Assembly: GCA_964016885.1 (NCBI GenBank)
Contig: OZ024740.1
Location: 91,946,001-92,010,000, forward strand
Length of the DNA: 64,000 nucleotides
Reading direction: 5' to 3'
DNA from: Eledone cirrhosa
Lineage: Eukaryota
Part shown: piece after piece, positions 27,146 through 42,926 of the stretch
Layout of the letters: every line of letters begins with the position of its first letter
Position numbering within the stretch: the first letter of the stretch is position 1
The notes under the pieces: generated by a model
Seen by the model: the letters and a program-made list of their open reading frames with translations, nothing else
Told to the model about the DNA's origin: nothing
The model's database searches: none
Made by a program: the position numbers and the translations under genes

Positions 27146-28250
27146 GTTACCCTTAACTTAAACTCTGGTTTGTATTACCCTTTCCATAAGTCCAATGAAA
27201 ACTTAAATTACGTTAGTTATTACTCTAATCACCATAAATCTGTGAAAAACGCAATTGTAAATAGTATACAAAAACGCAAAAATAGAATATCTGCCAATAA
27301 ATCAATTATTGATGAAAAAGCAAGATATTATGCACTAAGAAAGGCAGGTTATACAAATAATATATAATATATACACAATAATAATCCGAGTCTTAATCCT
27401 GATAAAAATAATGGCATATATAAACGAAATTCTAAAATTCTAATAATTGTAATTTAAAAACCTGTAATATGAATAAATCGGGGAAAAGAACCAGAACTAA
27501 ATGAGTTATATGATCCCTCCCCCATGCTTCTGTAGCAGTAAGAACACCAATAGCTAATCTATTTGTTAAAGCTTTAGATAGTTCCTTCCCTAGTCAACAT
27601 AAATACCACTCCATATTTAATAGACACACAATTAAACTGTATTATTCTACAACTATGAATATGGCCCAAAACATCGCTAAACTAAATAGTATAATTCTAC
27701 ACCAAAATCAACATAATGCTCTTAATAATAGTGTTAATATAAATAATAATAAATCGAAATGTAATTGTAGAAATAAACCAGAGTGCCCTCTGCAAAATAA
27801 TTGTCTGGATAGAAATATGGTGTATAAATGCACAGTAAAAACAAATAACAACACATACAACTACATGGGAGCAACCTCTTCGACATTTAAATCGAGATTT
27901 GCGAATAACAAATACTCATTTTCATACTTTAGTAGGAAGTCTTCGACTTCTTTATCACAACTTATATGGTCATTAAAAGACAAACATTTAAAATACTCGA
28001 TCTTTTGGACGAAGCTTTGTAATAGTAAAATATATCGAACTCATCTTTATCAACTAACTGCAACCTCTGCACAAAGGAGACCCTATTAATAATTACTAAT
28101 TATGAAAACTGATTTCACAAATAAGTGAATTATTCTCAAACTGCTTTGTCTACATTCCAAGCCTCGCAAAAAGTCAGGAAAAAGCACTAAACAATCAGGC
28201 CTTAATTGTTGACGTCTCTTATCAACTGTTGGGCCTAAAAAGTCTTAACA
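27146..28250 (+). pseudogene. PLE RT thumb plus GIY-YIG endonuclease relic
   Basis: YYPFHKSN..YYSNHH, CNCRNKPECPLQNNCL, MVYKCTV..YMGATSSTFKSRF, TSLSQLIWSLK; frameshifts present. Confidence 0.9.
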
Positions 28251-29659
28251 GTTTATAAAACTTTAATAATGCTTTACCTTCTAATCATTTATGATAGAAT
28301 TAATGTTAGAATGATAACATTTTTACTTGATAAATATGCATATCTTATGAGTTTTTTAGATATTTATAATTTTGATTCAGATCTTTATTTATCTGTCACA
28401 AATATATAAATTGGATATTTAACTTGTAAATTTACCGATTATAATTGAAATGTGGATCATTCATGCGGTTGCATATTTTACATATTTTACTCATATTGAG
28501 TATGTGTTTGGGGTCACAGAATATTAGATTTGCATCTATTTATTTTTTTATATATATCTATGTATAAATATCTAAATCCATAATAGTCGACAAATATTGG
28601 TCTCTTTCTCCACTGAACTGGAGGTAAAATTTCAATTATAGCATTACTAATAATGATTATAATTATTTTTTATTAAATATATACCTATAATAATATCTCT
28701 ATATAGTTGCACAAATATCTTTATCTAGTGTAATAACATACTCGTAGTTACATTTATAAATAATTTAGACACTCAAATGAGTCTATATTGTTATAAGTGT
28801 TTGATATTCCCTGGATGTTCGAATGTATATAATGATTTTTACATAATATAATATAATTTAATTTAACTTATTTTATTTTAATTAAATTTAGATTACCTTC
28901 GGCTTTTTCAAATATTCAGCTCCCCTTTCTATCACATTCGCTAAAATATTTTAGATGTATCTTTTGTCTACTATATTAAAACCCTATTACATTTATAATA
29001 TATTTTAAATTTATAATTTGGTTATTTAACTTGTAAATTTACTGATTACAATTGAACTGTGGATCATTCATGCGTTTGCATATTTTACATATTTTATTCA
29101 TTTTAAGTATGTATTTGGGGACTCAAAAAGTTAGATTTGCATCTATTTATTTTTATATATATCTAGCGCATAAATATAACAAACCATAATAGACGATAAA
29201 TATTGGTCTCTCTCTCCACTGAACTGGAGGTAAAACTTCAATTATAGCATTACTAATAATGATTATAATTATGTTTTATTACATATATACCGTTTCATTA
29301 ATACCTATAATAATATCTCTATATAGTTGTACAAATATCTATATCTACTCAATTAAATCCCTATTACATTTATAATATATTTTTAATATTGGGCATCTTT
29401 AAGTTTCGCAAACAATTCTATATCTTTATTTGTATATTTATTTTGTATCTAGCCCGAATCATTAGCACTCATATAGTATATATCAACTAAATGAAAATAA
29501 TTGATATAAAACATACATTTTTTAGCAATACTTTTTAACAATATCTTTTAACTATATATATGTTTTTAACAATATTTTCAGTAACTTATTTACTATATTG
29601 TATTATAGTATTATATTATATATATTTGAAATGTATCACCTGAATTATAAACAAATAAT

Positions 29660-29832
29660 TGTTTCTATTTTTGGCACAAGGCCAGAAATAACCAAGTACA
29701 TTACTGGTACTTTATTTTCTCGATGAAAGGCAAAGTTAACCTCAGCGGGATTTGAACTCTGATCATAAAGGGACGCAACTCTATGCTGGATAGCATCGCG
29801 TCCGACCCTCTACCGATACTGCCAATCCCCCT
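29660..29832 (-). mobile_element. tRNA-derived SINE inserted in Naiad copy 2
   Basis: Matches the SINE consensus; absent from the equivalent position in Naiad copy 1 (about 8430). Confidence 0.85.
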
Positions 29833-31284
29833 ATAATCCTTGTATATTTTTTTATCAACACATATATATAATTAAAAATTCAGACTTCTTTAAGTTTAGT
29901 TATAAGGCCTGGTGATCCTTTAGGCACTCAAATTATTTAACAATAAATTCTTTAATAATTATAACTATAATTATTTTATAAATTATATTATATAAACTGT
30001 TGTAAATATTATATATAATTTTGGTAAAGATTACCTTCGTGAGGGTATAAAAGTATTATATATTTTCATTCTCGTGTTTCGTAAATCCTTTAAATTTGTT
30101 TTCATAAAATTTGAATTTTAGAAATTAAACATAATTATAATATTAATACAAATACCTATTAACTTTTAAAACCTAAAATATTATTCATTACTCTGAAATA
30201 ACTTAAATTAAATATTTTGAATATTAACGGCCAACTATATTAATTTGGATATATGTTGCATATATGGAAAACTGTATATAAACTTGAACATAAATTACTC
30301 CCCTTTGTCTTTCTCTTTAATCATCTTTCATTTTTTTTTGCGAGGCACTTACTAAATATAAATATATTATCACATCAGCTGTTTCTTCCTCTACGCTTTA
30401 CTTTCCCTCCTCTTTCTTCAGTAGTTTTTAAAAATCATATTTTTAACTGTTATATTGATGCCATGAATGATTTAAGCTGTATTGCACGCACCCTCTCTAT
30501 TTTTGTATTATGTTATCTCATGTTCTCAATATTAGGGTATAAATATTGAGTTTTGTCATATGTTAATCACTACCATGACTGAATCTTAACCATCTACTAT
30601 GTCAGAGTTTGTCATGCATCATGATGAGGACGTACTGTTGAACTTAACTCAGTATCTCTGAAATATGTATAATAAAATATAATTGATCACAAGAATATCT
30701 ATTTTGTTAATGTTTTGAATTAATATTATATATATATATATATATCAAAAACATTAAATTAAGGCTGCCATATCCACTGCAGAATAAGCTCAAATATTGC
30801 AATGAATAGATCCGATTTCAATGAATAGATCCGAGCATTTCATATCAACTAGATATAGATTGAAATATATATATATAAAATAAACATATGGAACAATCAC
30901 AAGGGATAATTTGTAAAGTATGTAAGCACACATAACTATGTAGGTAACCAATTAAAGTGTAACTAGAACTTCAAATATAGATACCATTTAAGTATATTTC
31001 TTTAAATAAAAAAAATTTGCATTTGCTTTTTAAACGCGGATAGATATTTAATCTCCTTTGGCGACCATCCAGGATTTGACTACTGTAATTTACTGATTAA
31101 TTGGTGAAATATATATTTTATTTAAAGAAATATTGTACAAAGGAGATTAATAATTTTAATATTCGAAGTTCTAATTAAATTTTAATTTGTTACCTACCTA
31201 GTTACATACTTTTCAAATTATCCCTGTGATTGTTCCATATGTTTATTTTATATATATATATATATGTCAATATATTTCTAGTTG

Positions 31285-31370
<86 letters not shown>

Positions 31371-31373
<3 letters not shown>

Positions 31374-31966
31374 TTATTGCGGGTTGAATCGGAGGTAACA
31401 ACAGTAAGTAAGGAACTCAATACATAGCAGAGTATAACAGTTTTAATTTAGAAGAGACCCTACAGAAATAGAACTCTTTCATTCGTGAGAAATCATCATG
31501 TAAGTGGGCGAGTCTGTGAGCTTGCTTGGCGACACCTGGAATATGTATTAAAATAAACTTCACAATAAGGGGAATCACCCCAACACTTGGACCTGTTGAT
31601 GAAACCCTTTCTGCCTTTGTCACCCTTATTCGAGCCTTACAGAATTAGCTTCTAAAGAATTTCCCTTTTATTTAAACAATTGAACTCCAACTATCCTGTA
31701 GTCACATGTCTTACAGACATTGTTAGTCTAAGTGATAAACTAGGATTGGTATTCCAAATTTAATTTTGTTAATACTATAGCTTTAAATAATTATCTTCTA
31801 ATGAACTCCCTTGTCTTTAAATCCTTCAACCAATGACCTCCACCCATTCCAATCCCCAACCTCTCCTACCACCAGAAAAGAAAATATATAAATACAACTA
31901 CTCACTTGGACAGCCGGCTCCCCGATGATTTCTCACGAAAGAAATAGTTCTAGTCCTGTAGAAGCT

Positions 31967-31969
<3 letters not shown>
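31371..31969. mobile_element. Family B asymmetric fold-back with two degenerate HHRs
   Basis: The left end is the reverse complement of 17130-17243. TGATGA-TTTC tcac GAAT-GAAA (-, about 31460-31500) and CCGATGA-TTTC tcac GAAA-GAAA (+, about 31922-31955). Confidence 0.75.
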
Positions 31970-32035
<66 letters not shown>

Positions 32036-32168
32036 TAAAATTGGTATATATTATTTCTAGTGATTCTAAAGACATATTTTATGATATATAGCTCTGATTA
32101 TTTCATTTAATTTATTCATTTCTCATTGAGCCTCAACGTGACCGGTTGCAAAACACATATATGTAATT

Positions 32169-32210
<42 letters not shown>

Positions 32211-32212
<2 letters not shown>

Positions 32213-32289
32213 CGTTTCTGAATTTGTTTAACAAGATTCTTTATCTGAAATCGTGTGTTGAAATTGGCAACATGACCCTCCCAAAGTAT

Positions 32290-32295
<6 letters not shown>
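32211..32295. mobile_element. 85-bp family D 'ends-only' insertion in (TA)n
   Basis: The left part matches 49476-49530 and the right part matches 50036-50064. Confidence 0.8.
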
Positions 32296-32359
<64 letters not shown>

Positions 32360-32360
<1 letters not shown>

Positions 32361-35300
32361 AGTTATGCCACGAATCCTGAAACACCCCACGCCTACTGGG
32401 CCATACTCAGATTATTTCAATTCACATGGGACTTTCTCACCACATGCTCTGCCCGCGTCTTGGGCTGGTCCATCCTACCGCACATCCGTGCGTGTAGAGT
32501 TTACCTCAAACCGACACCGCCTTCCGCTAACATTGCAAAGCGAGGCAAGATATCCATAATATCCACGTGGAAGGTCCTTCCGAATAGACTAGCCAGTTTG
32601 AGTCTGTTGAAGCCCAGAGCGTGTCCGAGTGCATTGTTACACAAATAATCGTCTATAGAACTCAACAGCGGAAGTTCAACAAGCCGCATTCCCCGCCGAG
32701 TAGGCGGGTGTAAGCGCCTTGCAACAGTACAGATGATCCACACCCAGTAACGATATCTTCTTCACCAAGGACTGCAGCTCAGTGAAAGGGTCGAGATCAA
32801 CAAAGACCAGTCTAACAAATGGAAACATCACCTGGTTACCGTTTAGGCAGTATATCTGGACATGTCACAATCTCGGGAAATGTTTGCACATCATTAGCTA
32901 TGGCATGCACAGCTCTCATCATAGAGGGTGCTGGGACAAGATGGATCGCCACAGCAACGGAAACTATTGCTTCCACAAGAAGAGGCTCGAACGCCAGCTA
33001 GGCACAACAGACAGATTGTAGTAGGTGAAGGGTGGGATGCCCACGTAAGACACCTCCACCCGACCTTTCAGCAATTGCTTCCTCTCGGCTTTCTGGTTTA
33101 AAGTTGCTTCCCTCTTCGTAACAACTTCCCGAATAATATCCACCTGGGGTTCTGATCCGAAACAGACTCCGAGCAACTTTATTTGTCCATCCGTCCTGCC
33201 TCCGACGATGCTGTTGGATTGCATGGAGTTGTTTCTCCATGTGCCGAGCTGCAATCCCACTGACTTTTTCAGGTTTATATTTGCTCCCGTCAAACATAGG
33301 TGACAACCTTATTATCCGAGGTGTTCGACACAATCAGAGTGATTTCATCCGAATATGACGACACAGCCTTTCCGCTTCCCGTTTTGAGCGGGATGTATTA
33401 CAATAGCCCCAACTTCCACTCGAGAGAAAATGTGTACAGAAGTGAAAGGAGAAGGACATATTGGCAATTATAAAACGTCTCCGAAAGATGGCCATTAACT
33501 TTGACCACCGAGCAGATGCCGCTGGGCATTGCATCAATCTAGCCTCTGAAGACAGGACCGAATCATGAAGTGTTTAAGACAGCCTTCCATTGATCAGAAC
33601 CCCACCAACCGGGAGATTTACACACTAAACACTCTATGACATATCGCATGCGGTGGAGGTTGTCGTGCATGGAATTGGTCTGCTTGCGCACGTTTGAGCC
33701 TCCCCTATCAAATCCTCGAAGACTAACTCCAACTTCTTCGCTAAGAGCCTGGCCAAAATATTAAACACTGTGTTAAGCAGTGTTATGGGCCTGAAGCTGT
33801 CTCTTTTTCTCGTCAGTTCATATCAGTGTTACGACTTCCAGCTCACAGAACTGAGAGTACTCCCGTTCTTCTATCAATTGCTGTAGAGCGCTACGGGGAA
33901 ATAGGAGAACACATATGGCATATGAATGAAAAGTTAGTAGAGCAGGCCATTCAAACAGATTGACTTACCCCTCATACACCTGGATAGGGTATCCACAACA
34001 TTGGCTGAAATTATCGGCCTTCCACAGCACTCAGCATCGGCTGGTGTCTTACGCGGTAAGCCGTCGAGGTAGGGACTGAAATTCACCACCTTCTCCCACC
34101 GCACCGTTAACCCGAACAGCTCTGTACGATTTAGATGACCCTATGCGTTTGTTCTAGATCCACACATGTGCAATAACGAAATCTAGTCGGTGCATTTTAG
34201 ACAGTTGGAATTAGTTGATCAACTACTTGATGTGTTTACGTTACCCCCTTATCTCTGTTACTCCCACAACATCCTTCTGTGCTTCTAAGTTGCCGTTCCT
34301 GGCCCCTGCCAAGAATAATATTCCAGAATTTCCCAGAAAGGATTCCAGACGCCAAAAGAAGTCTAGGTATCCGGCCACTTCTGTGAGGGGATCACCTTCG
34401 CTATTGTTCAAGTCCAAGGCCATCAATTTACAATACGTATTCAAGACTTTACATCGATACTCAGGCCTTTCCTAATCAGCACTGCCATGCCACCACCCAT
34501 TCCCGGTCGACTAAGGGATACAAAGTTCTGTTAGTCGTCGGAAATGAGGGGTGGTATGCGCGTATCAGAAATATATCTAGTGATCAGAGATATTTGAGCA
34601 TGCGACACTGCTTCCAGGATGAACCAAGCCTATGAACATTTAAACATCTTACTCTTAGGATAGAAATGTTGATGAACGGATTACTTACCTCCTGAGGGCT
34701 TGTGGATGTCGGGTGGGTCGATCTCCATTATTAGCGCGATTTCCATTGGGAACCCCTTTAAAAGCATACACGACTCTTTCACATTTTTCACGTCTTTACG
34801 TCGTTGGGTAATTTCTCATTTTGGAAGTGTTTATTTGCAATCGCTCAATCAGCAGTATTTGGTCGCTTTGATGGTTTATGTGCCAAACATCTCACCATTT
34901 TTGTATCAATATGTTGACTTAGTTTTACAAGAGCTATAAGTTTTTTATTGGCTCTTCTTATTAACTTGATGTTGAGTATTTCTTTCGTTGTTGGTTTCTG
35001 CGTGTGTTTTATTTTGTTTGTCATGATTTATAGTTGTGTCGGTGTTTTCGATGGTGGTTCTGTTTTAGTCGACGGTTGTGGTGTTGGTGTTGTTGCTGGC
35101 GTGACTGTGTTTGCTGCGGGTATGTTCTTTGTGCTAGTTGGTGTGTTTGAAAATGAATCGTTTTTATTTGTTATCTTTTTCGCTGTTGTGCTTTCGTTGT
35201 TCCCCTCATCTTCACTTGCAAATGAGGATGGTCCCTGGAGACTATGTGTTAGACGAAAGGGTGTGTGTGTTTACGAGTGCGTGAATGTTGGTCTGTGTGC

Positions 35301-36390
35301 CTGTGTTTGAAAGCAGGAGATAAGAGCGTCTTTGGACGACTCCCTGGGTGGTTTTAATGGTTCTTTTTCGAGTTGTTGCTGCTGCTGTTATTTTTGTGCT
35401 AGTTTTGTTGGTGTTTTCTTTTGTCATAGCAGCAATATATGTTAGTGGCTCCCAACAGTTTTCAGTTGGGGGGCAAACTGCTCGCAAATGTGTAGTTTCA
35501 CACATAGCAAGAGCCCCACTTTTGAAGAGCCCAAATATGCTCACAAATGGTATGGTCCTTCCTATATGATGTATGTCATTAATGATGCTTTTCAGTGCAG
35601 CCACTAACTCTCCTCCAGAGAATGTCTCAGCTGTTCGAGGTATCTCCAAAAATGTATCAATATTTCAATGCTATCCTTTTCTTTGATTCCATCACCATTG
35701 CCGGGACTTTTTAGTTGGCCTAGGTCTTTTGTCCAGTTATATTTTTTTCCAAATGGGCCAAACGTTAATTTTTTCTCTTAAGTCTAAATTGTATAGCGTT
35801 TTTTTCTTGCTGATATGGCTGGAAAAGTAATCTAGTTTACGTTGTTGTTGCCGTTATTTCTGGTGCTGCGTTTTTATTGATTTTTATTGTTGACGATAGT
35901 GTTGTCGTTGTTCATGTTGTTGACGGGGTGTTCGGTGTTGCTGTAGTTGTTGTAATTGTTGGTGTTGTTGTCGCTGCCCATGCTGTTGTTGCCATATTTC
36001 ATCTCATTGTTGTTTTTATTGTTGGTGGTGTTGTTCTTTTTTTTGGGGGCGGGGGGGCTCTACTATTGGCCATACTGCTCTATGTTTTACCTGTGTTGCC
36101 ATCTTTGTGGGAGGAGTGGTGTTACTCCGCTCAACATGTAAGTCGCTGTAACTGGACAGCTGATTTAACAGGAGGTGGTCGTGTTTCGTACATTGTTTTT
36201 TCAGGAAAACAAATTTTAAAAAAATATAATAAGTTCAAAGATCTAAATATAGTCCGGCCACCTTTACGCAGGTTAACGAAGGGTGTCATAATGCCATTTT
36301 CCTTACAAAATACAACAAAGACTTCAATGCAAACATTTGAAAATTAACCAACCCACGGAGCTCAAAAAAACACTTCACGGTCCGACAAGC
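32360..36390 (-). mobile_element. Decayed Tx1/L1-like non-LTR retrotransposon (ORF1 plus ORF2 relics)
   Basis: Minus strand SFRPITLLNT..ILARLLAKKL, GANINLKKSVGLQLGTW and IKLLGVCFG; upstream degenerate zinc knuckle (FKSG...HLRAVCP) and Thr/Asn-rich ORF1-like sequence. Confidence 0.7.
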
Positions 36391-36656
36391 AATAAAAATA
36401 ATTAAAATTGTTTCTTGTTTCTACTTTTTTTTAATAAGAGGCAGAAGGAACGAAGTATGAATATAACATTGTTGGTTTTACCAGTCTTCCGCGACCGATC
36501 AACTCTACGGACGATTGGTAATGATGGCACCGGTCTCTGGAATCGATAGGTCACAGACTTGTGGTCTCTAAAGTTTTCTGCATTTGAACGATCGTAAAAG
36601 AGACGTCAGTCATGAACAAATGTAAGCATGCTTTATTGATACATGTTTCCCGTTCT

Positions 36657-37265
<609 letters not shown>

Positions 37266-37267
37266 AA

Positions 37268-37392
<125 letters not shown>

Positions 37393-37879
37393 GGGGAGGA
37401 GGGTTGTTCTCTATCCAGTGGAATTTCTTTGTATTCTTTTCCTTAAAACTGCCATTATTGGCATTCATCCTCAGGGACTACATTCAACTAATCATAAATG
37501 CAAAAAACTTATACGCAAACGCACATAAACTCACACTCTTGTAATACACCTTCCCGCACACAACCTATCAGAATCAACATATACATGACTAAAACACATG
37601 TATCCACGTATAGGCACACGCAATCGTGCTCATACCTACATACATACACAAAAATGCACGCAGACACAAATATATACTTATGTTTGCCCAACAAATATAT
37701 ACATATGTTTGCCCAACTTTCCCATCTTGATGAAGCGTGAAGCAAATAACACTTTATATTTAATTTTAGGTTTTTCTTTCACTCAGATGCCACCTAGACT
37801 GTACTTAAAAAATAATGTTCAATTAATATAAACTCGGGGACTAATCGATAATATGTATCTGACATTATTTCATCTAAAG

Positions 37880-38061
37880 GGCGGTGGATTGGCAGTATCG
37901 GTAGAGGGTCGGACGCCATGGTTTCCAACATAGTTACGTCCCTTTACGATCTCAGATCAAATCCCGCCGAGGTTGACGTTGCCTTACGGGGTCGATAAAA
38001 TAAAGTACCAGTAATGCACTGGATAATTGCTGGCCTTGTGCCTAAAGTAGAAACAATTATT
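37880..38061 (+). mobile_element. tRNA-derived SINE
   Basis: A-box-like TGGCAGTATCGG, B-box-like GATCAAATCCC, core resembling the MetaSINE domain, AT-rich tail. Confidence 0.85.
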
Positions 38062-38702
38062 TCATCTAAACCTAAATGACGGTGGATTTAAATAAAAATA
38101 ACATACACACACACATGCCAACATACTCACACACATAATGACAGCAGAACGAACCATTCACAGTAATATATAAAGACAGGTAAACTGGAAAAGAAGGAAA
38201 TGAATACAGACATTAAGTGCCACATCCCACTTGCAAATTCTCAGTCTACTTCATTATGTACGTTTTTATGGAATAATGTTTGTTTTATGAATGTATATAT
38301 GTAAACTAAAATGTCTATGTCTATCATTTCGTATATATGCATGTTTGTATCCAATCAAATATCAGGGATATAGCGGTTGATCTCTGAAACAGTTACTTCA
38401 CGTACATTTTTTCATATTGCTTCTCTTTTAAGATTTTGTGTGAACGTATGAACATTATCGACGGACAATTCAATGTTTCCACTGCCATAATAACAACATA
38501 AACACGGATAATGAAATTAGAAGGTAGTCAACGAATTGGAATAAAGTTCAACAAGTGATTATTATTATTACTTAACTGGATTACACTTCGTTGTTGCCCA
38601 ATTGTCCGCAATATGAAATGATTGTAACTATGTTTATTCATAATTTGAGAAAATGAAGAGGTCAAATATATAGTGTGTTATTTGCTAATATTAATTACAA
38701 AA

Positions 38703-38893
38703 TGGAGGTGCATTGGCAGCTTCGGTAGAGGGTCGGACGCCATGCTTTCCAGCATAGTTATGTCCTTTTACGATCGGAGTTCAAATCCCGCCGGGGTTGA
38801 CTTTGCCTTTCATCCTTACGGGGTCGATAAAATAAAGTACCAGTAATGCACTGGCTAATTGCTGGCCTTGTGCCTAGAGTAGAAACAATTATT
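38703..38893 (+). mobile_element. tRNA-derived SINE
   Basis: TGGCAGCTTCGG (A box), GGAGTTCAAATCCC (B box), GCCTTTCATCCTTACGGGGTCGATAAAATAAAGTACCAG core. Confidence 0.85.
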
Positions 38894-39954
38894 TCATCTA
38901 AACCTACAAATACCGAAACAAATGCCACAAAGACTCATGACGATTTTCTATGTTTCACTTCCTCATTATTTGTGTAGGTATGAAATTACATTTAATACAC
39001 AGTTGTACTGCTTCAATTATCCAGTATTTGCCTTCTTCAACATTTCTAAGAATATTCATATCGATATACAAAATAACAAAAAATAAAAATAAATAAATGA
39101 ATACAGTTGTAGGAGACTTCCATTCAATTAAGTACGAAGTTGATTATTTAATATAGGAATAAAAAATAAATCAATTGAATTGTGTTAGACAACGTAAATA
39201 AAAAGAGCAATAAATAACATAAATTCCAAAGGGGAATTCAATTTTGTTGATATCAGTGTATTTTACAATTTACGGATCATGTTTTATTTTTTTTTAAATC
39301 AATATGAATCCATATGAACTAACTGGTGTATTGCCAAGATGCAAATTCCTTTTTTCATTTTATATATGATTAACTATATCGATGTAATGAAAATTACCTT
39401 AGATGAAAGAAGTCAAGAGTAGAATTGTTTAAAAAATAGGCGATAAGAAAAAGACGTAACTACGACTTATCAACAAAATATTGGAAACCGAAAACAGGAG
39501 AAAAAAAGCTAATATGATAAATATAAATAAAGAATGTCTCAGAATTTTAAATCATTATTATCTCGGAAATATACAATGATAAATATGAAACATTAAAAAT
39601 TCATTTATTTGTCTGACAAAACTGTGCTACATTAAAGCAACATGAGATCTGTGGTAAAGTTCGTTTAACCTCACACTAAAAATAGTTTATTAATGTATGT
39701 TTATTGGTATTTGTTCTTGTGTTTTATATCAATCTAATTTGAAAAATTAATTTGATCTTAAACTTTTAATTGATTTAGGTTTGACAGATTAGCAGTTTCC
39801 TGATCTATGATCTTCAAACCTTTCCTCGTGCCTTTATTTCATCTTTTCGTTTTCAGATTCAGATTCTAGTTTATCTACCTAGATTAATCACACTAGCCGA
39901 TGATGCATTAAACTACTTCCAAGAATAAAGCAGTAACACATTATACTTATATAT

Positions 39955-41760
39955 AGGTATTTGCTTGGTTGCACGTCTCTGAACAGTTTCCAGGCGGTCA
40001 ATGTTCTGAGCATGTTAGGGGTTCCAGACTGGTGATGCAAATTCTATGTGTGGTCGCACCATAGCTGTATACAGCCTTAAATAGATATCTGGAGAGCGGC
40101 TGACAAAGGTCTTGCTGAGTGATGCTAAGACACCCTCGGCCCTCTTGACAATTTTAGAGACGTGCCTCGTCCAACGCAAATCGCTGCTGACCGTAATACC
40201 CAGGTCGCGTTCACAGGAAGACTTCTTGATATTAGTGCTGTGGAGGAAGTATGTGGACTCTGGGTTTTTACTCCCAAAATGCATGGTGGTGCACTTGTCC
40301 ACAGCTAGCTTGAGTTGCCAGTCTTAGATCCATTGTTGCATTGTGTCCAGCTCAGACTGCAAGCAAGATCTATAGTATTCAGGATCTGTCCTTTTTATCT
40401 CAAGGTACAGCTTGATGTCGTCTGCGTACTTTAGTACTGTGGCATTCATTAAGTTGGCATCTATGTCATTAATATCTGCCACAAACAAAATGGGGCCAAG
40501 AACAGATACATTGGTACACCAGATGACATCTCATATGGTGAGGAATGCTGTCCCAGAACCATGACTACCTCTCTTCGACTGAGAATGAAGGACTTCAACC
40601 AGTTAAAAAGATCATTCTTCACACCCATTGCAGAGAGTTTTGTCATAAGCCTTTTGTGTGGCACAGCATTGAAGGCCTTCGCAAAGTCAAGGTAAACAAC
40701 ATCCACCCATGATCCGCCATCAGTGATCCGGGTGATGTCCTCAAGAAACTCTATAAGTTGATCACAGCAGCTGGAGTTGGGAATAAATCCAAATTGCGAG
40801 GGCCGGATAAGACTGTGAGAGCTCCAGAAGTTCCAAAGTGTTTCTCTGACACAGCATTCCATCAGTTTGGCGATAAAACTAGTAAGAATGACTGAACGAT
40901 AGTTAACAGGTGACGTGCGGTCACTCTTTTTGAAGAGAGGAATGACATTGGCAGTTTTCCACTGTTCTGGAGTAGCACTGTTGTTCAGACAGAATTGGAA
41001 GAAGCGTGATAACTGGTGTAGAAGGAAGTACCCACCACGCTTAAGAAGCAGGTACGTAACACCATCAAGACCAGGAGAGGCATGGTTGCGTTTATGTTTT
41101 AGGTGACGTCGCAGCATTGCATGTGTAGATTCCATGGTTGTAATAGAGTCTGGTGTCATAGGTGTTGGAGATGGTACACTCGGGTCCTCAATAGTGAACA
41201 TGCCTGCATAGCATTCAGCAATGAGCTGTGCGCATTCCTTGGGGTCGTCAGTAACCTGGCTTGTGTGGGGATTGCGAAGAGGACCATTTGGAGAGTAAGG
41301 CCTCTGCTTTGAGTGAACATACTTCCAGAACACCTTACTGTCAGGGCTGGTTGCTATGCGCTGCTCAAATTAAAGCACTGCCTTTTTTGTCACCTGTCTG
41401 ATGTGGTTGGACGATCTATTTCGCCTCTTCCTATTAATGTCTGATTTGTGAAGTTTGTACTCACGTTCAGCATTGCGCCGTTCTTTTCTGGCAAGACGGA
41501 CTGCTGCAGTCTCCCAAATTGCGCTTTTGGGATGTTTTTTCCGCTTACGTGGCACCGATGCTGCACATGCTGTCCATATTGAGCTCAGGATGTTCTGGAG
41601 TACAGTGTTGACATCTCCAGAGTCGTAGAAGTCAAGCCAGTTTGGCCGTTGCAACTCGGTGCAGTAACAGTTCCAATCTGCTTTATTCCAGTCAAATCAG
41701 TATAGATGGTGTCGTTTTTCTAGCTCTAACAAGCCACAACATTTGCCATGACCATCATTA
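39955..41760 (-). mobile_element. CR1-clade LINE RT region, truncated pseudogene
   Basis: FWKYV, SPGLDG, WKTANVIPLFKK..NYR, QFGF, DVVYLDFAKAF, KYADDIKLY, DKCTTMHFG, ERDLGITV, VRPHIEFASPVWNP. Confidence 0.9.
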
Positions 41761-42839
41761 TTTTAGGCATCCTCAAAAGAAGAGTGTTAAAACCTAACGT
41801 ACCTACTAACCACGCGAGTATTGTCCTCGGCTTCATCTTTGTCATCAGTTATCACTCTTTACCCCTTTGTCACAAACAAACACATTGAGCGGCTGAGTTT
41901 AGCCGACGCTCATTTAAGACATCCATATTCTTTTTGAACATAGAATATAACCTACCAAAAACACTAAATATTCATGAAATAAAGAAGATTTGATAGACCA
42001 GCTGCACAATATCGCCCTAGCCAAGGGCGACATTAAAGCTACAATCATCTACACAAATTACTAAAAACAATGGAAATAAGTAGTTAAAATTGGAAATAGA
42101 TGTTAAGTGCTTACAGACAAACTTTTACACGTTTAAAATAAAGATGGAAAACTATTTATGAAACACATGTTTAAATCAGCTAATCGTCTACACGAAAACA
42201 TAGATACTTCGTCACCAGTATGAAATCTCTGGGTACTTCCATAGGAGGATGCTCACACTGACGAACTTGAGCAAAGAAGCTAGTCGGAGTATTTAATGTG
42301 GCGTACGTTTCATAAGAGATAGTGGTCTCCACTACCTGACAAAACAAACAGCATGTGGCAGAGTCGATCTGTGGATTCGGAAAGATAGATGTATGTATAC
42401 AAAGGTTATATGAAACATTAAATGAATGTGCAATGCCCGTACGAAAGAGCAAGCTAGTCACGTTTAGAATATCCTATCGGTTCCTTGAAACGACCGGATG
42501 CAGCTGATATGGCTTAAAGACATGCTAGTTCAGTACGGAATATAATAAAATAACTGCAAAAACTATCTTAAAACGAGAGGTGAAATCTTTCTTCATTGAC
42601 TCAAAATATATATTTATAGTGGAAAATTGTAAAAATTCCATCGTCAACTTATTAAATATTTCTTGCTATTCTATGTCTTCTCTCAGAATCTTTTTACATT
42701 GAAATCTGAATTCAGTAAATGATATAAGGCAAGGTGCTAGCGATATAACTGTGTGAGTGTGTGTGTGTGTGTTGTTATCCGTATCTATCTGAGAGTGAAT
42801 TCATTTGTAGAATTCATATGTGTTAAAAAATACATGCCT

Positions 42840-42910
<71 letters not shown>

Positions 42911-42926
42911 AGTATATATATATATA

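Larger units (their letters stand above)
26956..30725 (+). mobile_element. Naiad-type PLE copy 2: short inverted 3' tail (26956-27050) plus 5'-truncated body
   Basis: Homologous to 7562-11681 with the same two termini; internal duplication (about 28410-28730 vs 29020-29345); SINE insertion; HHR at 30621-30679 lacks the 5' strand of stem I. Confidence 0.9.

Noticed and set aside
37880-38893. tRNA genes (A and B boxes)
   Set aside because: The boxes belong to SINE heads followed by core and tail; there is no intact cloverleaf.
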